From Sphyrna mokarran (Eukaryota), in assembly GCA_024679065.1 (NCBI GenBank), contig JAGIQG010000003.1:40238001-40302000 (forward strand): a stretch of 64,000 bases of DNA. The letters run 5' to 3'. The first letter of the stretch is position 1. Each line of letters begins with the position of its first letter. The notes under the pieces are model-generated. The model did not search any database. It was not told the origin of the DNA and saw nothing but the letters and a program-made list of their open reading frames with translations. Positions 10,701 to 22,700 of the stretch are shown one piece after another. The position numbers and the translations under genes are program-made.

Positions 10701-13700
10701 ATTAAGACCTTTAATTACATGAAAAGCTTTAAGTTAGAATCAAAATTTATTCCACTTTTTAACTTCCAAAATATCTATTAATGTTTCATTTGTATTCTAA
10801 TTGAAAAATGTAAGCAGCACAGGTTTGGAGATGAGATTTTTAACAAGTCCTTCCATAAAGCAAATACATAAAAATAACTGAATTCAGACTGCAGATTCCA
10901 AAGTCAAATCTTAAAAAGAAACAAAAAGAAATTCGTTTAGTTTTATTCTAAGTCTGTAGCTGGTGTATTAGAAGAAATAAATTCCTGATGATTAATAGCA
11001 GAACACATGTATAATATATTTTTGATTTTCAGAATTAATTTATTTTAATGCCTGTGCTTTAGTTGGAACATTCACTTCCTAGTGGTTTATTTTTGAGAGT
11101 ACCTGCATGGTCTCCGAAAGCTTAAATGAATTGGTGGAGTGGGTGGCGAGTTTGTGTCCAATTTAAGCCAGTAAAATGAGCATGTGTAGCCCCACTATTT
11201 CACTGGGGACAGTAAATACTTATTCATTCTCAACCAATATAAAAAAATTATGTATTCACATTTACTAAATTATATAAGAAAAATGATCATGGGGTAGCAT
11301 CCATCTTTTATAATTTAGGGATGGAACTATACTGACATGTATTATCAAGTTTGTTCTTTAATATTAAAATCATCAGAATTTTATCTCAGACAGTCAGAGG
11401 TTTAAGCTAAAGCATCTCTGGGAAGGATCAAGTGGTGGAAGCTGCTGCAACTCTAAAATTCAGCTTAAAAATTCTAATTTCCGTTCATAGAATGGGTGTG
11501 ATCCCACTCCAAAATTCAGTAGAGCATGTAGTGCTCAATCTTCCAGATCAATACAATACTTTAGACAAGGCTGCATGTGGCACAGTGATTAGCCCTGTTG
11601 CTTCACAGTGCCAGGGACCTAGATTAAATTCCAGTCTCGGGTCACTGTCTGCAAAGATCTTGCACATTCTTCTTGTGTCTGTGTGGGTTCATTCTGTGTG
11701 CTCCAGTTTCCTCCCTCACTCAAAAGATGTGCGGTTAGGTGGATTGCCTATGCAAAAATGCCCCTTAGTATCAGGGGGATTGGCAAGGTAAATACTTGGA
11801 GTTATGGGATAGGGCCTAGTTCAGTTCGATGGGCCAAAGTGCACTGTCGGGGTTCCAAGGGGCTAGAAATAGAAGAGCACAGATATCTCATATATCTCTG
11901 AAGCTAGTCAGCAAAAATCCCAAATTACCATCCCCACCATTAACTTGTTAGAATGATACATCTGAATAAGTTACATCGTTTTGTGTATTCCTGTTATGAG
12001 AGAACATTACGAGCAATTCATCAATTTGTCACCAAAAAGTAGTATTAAGTATTCATTTGAGCAGGTTTTCCCACTCCAAATATAAGACTATAAAATGCTG
12101 AATGCGTTAATTTTTAGTGTGGGGAGTCTTCTACTGGGGATCGAATACAGTCCTATGGGTTACCGAAGGAAAACATGACCCACTGCCAAATTTATATTCA
12201 GCAATGAATGATAGTGTATGTTTCCGCAACATAAATGTTTTTGCGAACTTGTTTGAGTTTTAACTTGAAATGCAGATTGTTTGGAATCATTTAGTAAATG
12301 AAAGCAGTTTAAAGCCACCTCAGAATTCCACAAGTCAAGAGCTGTGTCATGTTAAGAATAAAATATGTCTTTACGAATGCTATTATTAATTATCTACATT
12401 TGATGGTTTTTCACAGATCAGTTACTTTTCATCTATCCCACGTCTCAGTAATAAAGAAGAGTTCCCATCTTTTTTTCGCACGATGCCAAGTGATATGTTT
12501 CAGTCCAAGGTCTTTGCCCTGCTGGTGAAACATTTTGGTTGGAAGTGGGTGGGGATATTAGCAGATGACATTGATTATGGCAGACAAGCAGCTCAGATCT
12601 TTAGAGAAGAAGTAGAACCTCATGGAGTGTGCGTTGCCTTTTCTGAGGCAATTCCAATTGACAAATCTAGAGATAAATATCTTGAAGTTGTTAACGTAAT
12701 AAAAAGGTCGTCTGCAAAGATTATAATTGCTTTTTCTTGTGACACTAACATAGTCCCTTTGCTGGAAGAGATCGTGAAACAAAACATAACGAACAGAACC
12801 TGGCTAGCAAGTGAAGGTTGGAGTACATCAGGTCCGCTGTTTATTATAAAAAAGGAACATACCAAATACTGGACAGGAACTATGGGGCTTTCACTCCCAT
12901 TATGTAACATTGAAGGACTTCAGGAATTTTTCTTTGAGAATCATCCATTTAAAGCTCCTCATGACATGTTTATACTTGAACTCTGGGAAGAAGTGTTTAG
13001 TTGCTCGTGGTCGGATTCAACACAGAAAGAAATTAAACTGCAATCAAACGTAAGTCAGTCTGCTCCAAAGAAAAAATGTACTGGAATGGAAGATATGAGG
13101 GCGGCTAATCACTCCTACACGGATGACAGTAATTTCCGAATCTCATGCAATGTGAACAATGCAGTACACGCAGTCGCTTATGCCCTGCACAATTTGCAGT
13201 CCTGTGAAAAGGGGAAAGGACCTTTTGAAAATGGAACCTGTGCAAATGCTCATGATTTTGAACCTTGGCAGGTCAGTTCAGATGTAATGGTCTCTGACAT
13301 CACTTTCACTTGTAGTTTCATCAGTTACCGTTGTAAAGCCTCGCTGTCAGCTTTTAAACTTTGTAGGTGAGAAATTTGTTTGCATCACATCCATTGTGTG
13401 AATGGAAAATGAGAATTTGGAAAATTTGGAGTGGGGTTGGTTTGCTGTGAGTGTGGGAGGAAAGGGAAGGGACACTTCCATCACATGATCCCTCCCAGAG
13501 GTGTTTTAGCCTCAAATTTCTGAGTGTCTGAGGTGCTCATCTGAACTGCTGCTTCACGTTTGATCTGGTAAACAGGGCCCTAGCATTTGTTTGAGGATCC
13601 CACTTCCCAACTCAATGCACATGCTGTGCTCAGTTTTCCAGGTCTAATGCAATGGTCAAGAAGCCAGAATGAGAGAAGCACAGCTATCTCAGAGGATGGT

Positions 13701-16700
13701 AAGGCTGAAGGAGATTAGTGAGACTGAGGCTACGGTGTAGCTTGAACACAGGAATGAAAATTCTAAAATCAGGGTGTTGCTTAACTGGGAACCAATGGAG
13801 ATAAGAAAGAACAGAGGTGATGGATGAATGGGACTTGATATGAGTTAGGACACAGGCAGAATAATTTGGTTAGCCTCAAATTTATGGAGAGTAGAGTAGA
13901 ATGTGAGAACCTGGCTAGGAGCGCATTGGAATAGTCAAGGCTGTAGGTAACAAAGGCATGGATGAAGGTTTAGCAGCACAAGAGCTGAGCTGGAGAATGA
14001 AGTCGGGTAATGTGACAGAGGTGAAATTGGTAGTCTTAGTGACAAGCTATTGGGTTGAAAGCACATTTAGGGATCAAATATAACACTTGTTGTGAACAGT
14101 CTGGCTCAGCTTCAGACAGTTGCCAGAGACAGGAATGAATTATAGATGAATGGAGTGGAATTTGTGGTGGGAACTGAAAACAATAGCTCCAGTCTTCCCA
14201 GAATTTACTTGAAGAAATTTCTACTTAAGTTTTTCCTGAGCATCCACTTATCCCTGGTCTTCTATTTTGCTGATGTGGAGATGCCAGTGTTGGACTGGGG
14301 TAAACACAGTAAGAAGTCTCACAATACCAGGTTAAAGTCCAACAACTTTATTTGGTAGCAAACAGCACTAGCTTTTGGAGTGCTGCTTTGTCAGGTGAGA
14401 GGGAGTTCTATTCACAAACAGGGCATATAAAAACACAAACTCAATTTACAGAATAGTAATTGGAATGCGAGTCTTTATAGTTAATCAAGTCTTAAAGGTA
14501 CACATAATATGAATGAAGAGAGCATTAAGTACAGGTTAAAGAGGTATATATATTGTCTCCAGATGGAGATGTGTACTGTCTATAACCTGTGCTTAATACT
14601 CTCTCCACTCACATTGTCTGTACCTTTAAGACTTGACTAGCTGTAAAGACTCACATTCCAATCATTATTCTGTAAATTGAGTTTGTGTCTTTATATGCCC
14701 TGTTTGTGAATAGAACTCCCTCTCACCTGACAAAGGAGCAGCGGTCCAAAAGCTAGTGGTGTTTGCTAGCAAATAAATCTGTTGGACTTTAACCCAGTGT
14801 TGTGAGACTTCTTACTTCTATTTTGCCACATTTCCTCTTAAACAGCATAAAATCCATTATATTTTTGCCTCTCTTTAACACTGAAGAACAGTCACATGGA
14901 CTCAAAACATTAATTTTCTTTCTCTCTCAACAGATGCTACCAGACCTGCTGAGTTTTCAAAGCATTTTCTATTTACATTTCAGGTTTCGTAGAATCATAG
15001 AATCCCTACAGTGCAGAAGGCAGCCATTCTGCCCATCGAGTCTGCACCGACCACAATCCCACCCAGGCCCTATTCCCTAAACCTTACATATTTACCCTAC
15101 TTATCCCCCTGAGCGAGGGTCAATTTACCATGGCCAATGCACCTAACCTGCATATATTTGGACTGCATCTGTGGTATTTTGTTTCATTATTTATTGTAGT
15201 ACTTAGAGAGGCTATAGGAACCTGTCAACAAAAAGGCAATTTTTAAAAACTTACATTTCCAAGGATTGAGAAGGAACAGAAGTGCACCTCAGCAGCATCA
15301 TGAGCCAAGTCATTCCAGCTTCACTCCCTTACCATATTATCCCCATCCCAGGATCTAAACAACAGGCAAATTGTGAAATTGTTGTCTACAGCTTGCCAGT
15401 TTATAGCCTGTGAGAGTAGTGTTCCTCTACCTGTTTATCTATAAATGAAGTCTATGAACATGGGTCCAAGGGCAGTGGCAGGTTCTCCACAGTGCCTTAC
15501 ACATAACCTGACTTACTCACTTATTTGGTTGTCTTGTATTCCTTTTAAGGAAGCAAAATTTCAAGGGAATTTCATGAGGGGACACACGTTGCAATGCTAT
15601 CTGTGAGGTTTAGGCAAAAATATCACTACTTACCTTAACAATCTCAACATCTAAATGAGAATGAAAGTTAAACAATTGGGTCTAAATTATCTTTGCAATC
15701 GTTAGACAGGATACTTCTGTCAAAAGCATGGTAGACAATTTAAATGGACATATGAGTGAAGCAGTAATATTCTGGCACAAGCACAGGGTAATTGTATAAA
15801 GGATGCAAAAGCATCATAGGCCAAATAAGTAGGAATGGCAGATTTCATTGAGGGCAAAAAAAACCAACAGAAAATTACATGAAATGAGAAAATGCTGAGA
15901 AACTGGGGTTACAGCTTTCAAATCTGGTTTTTAGTTTGGTTTTTGCTGCATTTTTATGCAAAATCAGATGACAAAAATACCTTTCTGACTTCTAAATAAG
16001 TTTTATTGACAGAAAGTTGCTCACATAAAGCATGTTCATTTAAAAGATCACTGATGTTCCACAAAACAGTTTATGTGGAAAATAACTGCGTATGGGGTTT
16101 AAAAAAGAATCAAAATCAGCTAGCACAGGAATTCAATCCTGTATCCTTTTAATAAAGTACCTTTTATTCGTGTCACATGTAAGCTTACATTAACACTGCA
16201 ATGAAGTGACTGAAAAAAATCCCCTAGCTGACACACTTCGATACCTGTTTGGGTATACTGAGGGAGAATTTAGCATGGTCAATGCATCTAACCAGCATGT
16301 CTTTTGGACTGTGGGAGGAAACTGGAGCATCCAGAGGATACCCACGCAAACATGGGGAGAATGCGCAGATTCCACAGAGACAATGACGCAAGCCAGGAAT
16401 CAAACATAGGTCCCTGGCGCTGTGAGGCGCTGTGAGGCACTGTGCCACCCATTATTGGATAATAGCACTAAATATTTTATAAATAATTACTGGCTTGGAG
16501 CAGAGCTAATTGATATTTTAAATGTCAGATATATTCATATTAATTAAAATTCTGTGTTATGTGATTGTGTTTAAAAATGTCATTCAATTTATATTTACCT
16601 TATAGCTTCTACATTACATGAGAAAAGTCAGGTTCATCGACCAATCAGGAAATGAACGATATTTTGATGAAAATGGCGATGTTTCAGCTGTATATGACAT

Positions 16701-19700
16701 AATAAACTGGCAAGTGACTTCTGATGGTGTAATTAAATTTGTGAAAGTGGGACGTTATGATGCTAGACTACCTCCAGGACAGCAAATTACCATTCGGGAA
16801 GAGGATCTCATTTGGAATGCAGGAAAATTAGAGGTATGTTTATTTACAAGGGCCCGGGTTTTGCAATAAGCGTCATGATGGAACTATTAGCACTTTTCAA
16901 TATTACCCACCTAGGACTGACTGCAACTTTCAGGGTCCACACATGCACAGTTAAACGCAGAAATCCAGAAATTGCTCCATCCAATTCTATACTTTTCCAC
17001 ATAGCGCGCTGTTGAAGAATCTCTTGATTGCAATCAAATAGAACTTATTGAACTAGGCCAGAATTCTCTGGCTGGTTACATCCAATGATGTTGCCAATGC
17101 TCAGCCAAATCTCCATTCACTGCAGTAGGACTTGAGAATCCCAGCTGCAGGCAAAGTCGGAGAATCTGATACCTGATAAGAACTTAGCTTTCTTTTATTA
17201 ATTCATGGAACATAGGCATCACTAGCTAGACTTGCATTTGCTGCCCATCTCTAATTGCCTTGGAAAGGTGGTAGTGAGTTGCTCTCATAAAATGCGGCAA
17301 GCGATGTGATGTAGCAGTGCACAGGAAGGAAATTCCACGATTTTGACCTATTAGCAGTGAAGGAATGGCAATATATTTCCAAGTCAGGATGGTGAGACGC
17401 TAGAGAGGAATTTCCAGGAGGTGGTGCTCCCATGCATCTGCTGCTCCTGTCTTAGATAATAGTAGTGGGAGGTTTCAAAAATGCTGTTGAAAGAGCCTTG
17501 CTTAGTTCTGGCAATGCATCTTGCAGGTGGTACACACTGCTGTTACTGAGTTGGAGGGAGTGAATGTTTATGAATGATGTACCAATAAGGCAGGTTGTTT
17601 TACCCTGGATGTCATCCAGCTTCTTAAGTGTTGTTAGAGCTATACTCATCTTGTCAAATGGAGAGTATTCCATCACACCTCTGGCTTTTAGATGGTGAAC
17701 ATGATTTGGGGAGTCATTAGGATTCCTAACCTCTGACATGCTCTTATAGCCACAGTATTTATATGGCTATCCCAGTTCAGTTGCTGGTAACACTCAGGAT
17801 TTTGAGAGTATGGATTCAACAAAGGTAGTGGCATTGAATATCAGGGGTAATGGCTAAATCCTCTTTTGTTTGAGATGGTCATTGTTTGGTACTTATGTGA
17901 TGCAGATGTTACTTGCCTAAGCCTGAATACTGTCCTGCTCTTGTTGCATTTGGACATTGACTGCTTCAGTATTTGAGGAGTTGTGAATGGTTTTGAATAT
18001 TGTTCTCTCATCAGTAAACATCCCATTTCTGATCTTACAAATGGAGGGAAGAGTATTGATGAAGAGCTGAAAATGACTGGCCTAGAACCAGAGGAACTCC
18101 TACAGTGATGTCCTGGAACTGCGCTGATTATCTCCAACAACCACAACCATTATCCTTTGTGCTAGGCATGACTCCAACTAGTGAAGATTTTTCTTCTGAT
18201 TCTCTTTGACTTTAGTTTTGCTAGCACTGTTTGATGTCACATTTGGTCAGATGCAGCCTTGATGTCAAGGACAATCACACTCATCTCACCTCTGGCATTC
18301 AGCTCTTTATTCATGTTTGAACTCAAAGTTGCGATGAGGTTAGGTGCTGAGTGGCCCTTACAGAATCCAAACTGAGCATCAGTGAACAGGTTATTGCTAG
18401 TCAAGTGTTGCTGGGAAACACTGTTAATGCCCCCTCCACCACTTTGCTAATGATTGAGAATCTTATACGCTATTTGTCTCAACACAAAAAAATCCCTGAC
18501 AAAATTACACCTTGTAGAGTGAGGTTGTAACTAGGTTTTGAACTGTATTCTAAGTTCAAAATCACCTCTCTAACTCTAGAAAACCAAGTTTATGGGGGTG
18601 ACCTTACTGGCCCTTCACGCTGGTTGATTAGCGTGGTGAGCCGATAACATCCTGAGAGAGGCTGAAAACCAGGTTCATACCCAGTTTCTGATTATAATTT
18701 TTAACAAATAGCTAGCTGAAAATGATGATTATTTGCTCCACTTTGCAAATGTTGGCAAGGTTGTGACCAAGGTTGGCAAGTTTGCAAATGGACCAAGGAT
18801 CCATTCGATTGGGTCTAGGCCTATTTGCACTATGTGCACAATTTCTTTCCGGATATGAAGAAAACATACATTCTATATATGCACGTGAAATGCCACAATA
18901 CTATGCAAATGCTAGAAATATAACCTTCATCATTTCTGACAAAGGAACTCTGCATACTAAAGAACCTTATTTGCTTCTGGGATCCAAAATCGTGGATCTC
19001 AGAAGGATCACTTGAAGTTTAAAGAAATAAAAATTTAGTGCAACCACTTAGAGAACAATCACTAATATGTGAGTGGGTGCTTTCTTAAAATAAGTTGCAA
19101 ACTTTCAGTTCATAGAATCCCTACTGTACAGAAGGAGGCTATTTGGCCCATTGAGTCTGCAATTACAACAATCCCACCAAGGTCCTTACCCCTGTAACCT
19201 ACACATTTACCCCACTAATCCCTCTAACCTATGCATCTCAAGACACTAAGGGGCAATTTAGCATGGCCAATGCATCTAGCCCGCACAATTGGACTGCAGT
19301 TGGAAACTAAGCACCCAGAGAAAACTCATGATGAAACAAGGAGAATGTGCAAACTCGACACAGATAGTGACCCAAGTTGGGAATTGAACTAGGTCTCTGG
19401 AGCTGCGAGGCAGAATGCTAACCACTGTGCTGCACCACCCTTCTTTAAGTCACAGCTGTTCTTCAAGCACAGTAACTTTCAACTCAATTCCAAGCTTACC
19501 ATTACTGCCAATTGCCACACCCTTCAGTTATACCGTCCAGCAGAAGTTAAGAAGGCTCTTGAAATTACTCAAATGAAACTGACCTTGGAATATCAGCAGG
19601 GATCAGGACTATATCAATATATTTTGCCTCTGTGTGTCAAAGATAAAATCAGGAAATGTGAGATGTACCAAACTATTGGGTGAGATTCTCTGGTCTCCCT

Positions 19701-22700
19701 GTGGTGTATTTCTCAGCAGTGGGAAGCAGCCTACCGTTGGCTGGCAGTGGGATTTTCTGCCCCCCCATCTCCATCAGTGGGAATTCCCATTGAATTCACT
19801 CCCACTGCTAGGAAATCCACTATGGGGGTGGGCTGATGATGGGATTGGAAGACCCTGTTGGTCTGAATAGATGGAAGATCTCGCCCATTATTTAAAGTAG
19901 ATAAAGATTTTTCTTTTATGATATCAGAGGCAAAATATATTGATATAATTTGGGACCAACATTTTGGCAGTTTGTGTGGAAATTATATGAAAATAGGGTT
20001 ACAAAATGCAACTAAACAAGTGTCTGTGGTAGCATTAAAATAGAGCTTTTCTTTATATTTGCGTCTGTGAAAAGTAAATTCAATGAGATCCTAGATGAAA
20101 CTGCACATCAACAGTTGTAGAAATCAAGATTAATTTTGGCCAACATATTATTTTAGCATCATTTCATTGTGTGATTTTTTTGACTTGCTAAGGTTCCTCG
20201 TTCTGTATGCAGTGAAAACTGCCACCCAGGTACTCGGGGAAGAGTTCGGCAAGGACAGCCAATTTGCTGTTTCGATTGTGTTCCTTGTGCTGCTGGAGAG
20301 ATATCAAACGGAACAGGTAAACTTATATATAATGAAAATGCATTTTGAAAATGTCCACATTATGTCGGAGATCTGTTGAGCAGTATAGACTTTGCTCGTG
20401 CCTGAAGAACACAGACAATAATGGAATGGAATTGGGGTATCAACAAAAACCATTTCCATGGGTCTTTGGGTTTCCAATACTGATCTAAGGAGAGGTACCA
20501 AGGACAACACGGTGGCACCATGGTAAGCACTGCTGCCTCACAGTGCCAGGGGAGTGAGTTCAATTCTGGCCCAGCTCACTATTTGTGTGGGGTTTGCATA
20601 TTCTCCATTGTCTGCTTGGATTTCCTCCGGGTGCTCTGGTTTCCTCCCACAGTCCAAAGATGTGTGTTTAGGTTGATTGGCCATGCTAAATTGCTCCTTA
20701 ATGTCAGAGGTGTAAATATGAAGGGTTAAGGGGATAGGGCTTGGGTGGGATTGTTGTCTGTGTATAATCGATGGGCTGATTGGCCTCCTTCTACACTGGA
20801 GGCATTCTTTGGTTCTATACTTCTAACCGATGACTGAGAGAAGATAACATACTAATGGACCCATTCTGCCATCCTCCCTACAGTAGTCACAGACGGAACC
20901 ATTTTACCTTCACAAAGATAACCTGGCAGCTGTGGCCTTTCTATTTTAATTTCTGAAAAAGAAACAGATAAGCAAAGCCTTTTGTCTTACACTCATCAAG
21001 ACACTTACTGGAATATCAATGTAAAGGGAACAATAATCTGCTAATGACCATAAAAAGCTCATCAAACTTATCAAGAAGTAACAAACAGCCTCAATATGTG
21101 GCAACAAAGGAATAAAAACTCTAGAACATCACTTAAATGCAGAGAGATACAAGAATGCTGGAAGACGGAGCAAAATTCAATAGTTATTTCATGCATGTAG
21201 ACGTGGTTTATTATTTTATGAGGATAAGTTAGATAAAAGTTAATTAAAATGGAAGTAAGTTTCAGCTTTAAAAGACAGAACTCAACTTATAGCTTTTAGC
21301 AATGAAAATCAGATGAAGCGAGTCTTTAATGAAGCCTTAGGAAATAAAAGAGAGCAGTTTTTGATTCCCAATGATTGTAAATTAGCAGTAGGCAATATTA
21401 ACATGAAGCAACTTCATCCATTAGTAAATTCAAGTACTCTTTCTGACTAATAGCTTATTCTGTAATATTTGAAGTTACTCCATAAAAGAACTGAAAGTAC
21501 ATTAGGGTGCTCAGGATATTACAGGCTATATACTAGATACATTGATGACATTTTTTTCCTTTGGACTCATGGTGAACAATCATTGAAACAACTGTATGAT
21601 GATATCAACAAATTCCATCCCACCATCAGACTCACCATGGACTATTCTCCAGAATCAGTTGCATTCTTGGACACATGCATCTCCATCAAGGACGGTCACC
21701 TCAGCACCTCTCTGCACCGCAAGCCGACAGACAACCTCACAATGCTCCACTTCTCTAGCTTCCACCCTAGACATGTTAAAGAAGCAGAGACTGATAGCCA
21801 AGTTCCACACACATGAGGTCTTAACAGGGATCTTGGCTTCATGTCACACTATCTGTAACCCCCATGACTTGCCTGGGTTACCAAAAAACCTCACTTACTG
21901 TGCTGTTTGGAAACAATACACATTTCTCTAACCTCTGCTGTTAGCCACTTTAAGACTTGAATAGCAGGTTAGGTGTAAGGATTCGCATTCTAATCTGCAA
22001 TCTGTAAACTGTCTGTGCTGATATGTGTGCTTTTGGAGACCAGAACACCTCATTCTCCTGACGAAGGCCACAAAGACCGAAAGCTCGTGGATTTACTATC
22101 AAATAAATCGGTTGGATTTAAAATCGGTGTTGTCAAACTTTACTGAGTTTACCCCAGTCCAATGCCGGCATCTCTACATCAGGATATTATATGCATAGGG
22201 CAGTGTGTAATCAAGATGATGGGTGTCTCTACTGCAGGCTGAGAAGCTGGCAAAAGCCACTCCTGTTATTTTCAGGAATGTCTGCCTGCCAATCAGACAC
22301 TGGGGATATTTGAACAAGGGATACCCCTCAATCTGGAAGCTCATGAGCAATTGCAGGGTTTGTTTTGCAGACTTATCCCCTAGAAAATGCTTTGCCCAAC
22401 TGGTTTAATATCAGTGGCAGCAGAATGAGGCCATTAAGTGAGCATTAATTGTTTAAGATCTCAGTGGGCAATGGGGCATGAAGGCTTCTAGAAGGTTTCA
22501 GGAGGTTAGATGTTAGAAGGAGGTGAGACTTACACCATCTCTTGTCAGATTAAAGGTCCACCGCATTAAATCCTGCTCAAAATGTCTATGCTATTCAAAA
22601 GTAAAAGTTTATTTATTAGTAACAAGTAGGCTTACATTCACACTGCAATGAAGGTACTGTGAAAATCCTGTGGTTGCTACACTCCAGCGTCTGTTCAGGT

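Noticed and set aside
13272-13370. ORF-track extensions beyond splice sites (also 10381-10419, 58318-58377, 59269-59316)
   Set aside because: Family similarity ends exactly at consensus splice sites, so these extensions are intronic.
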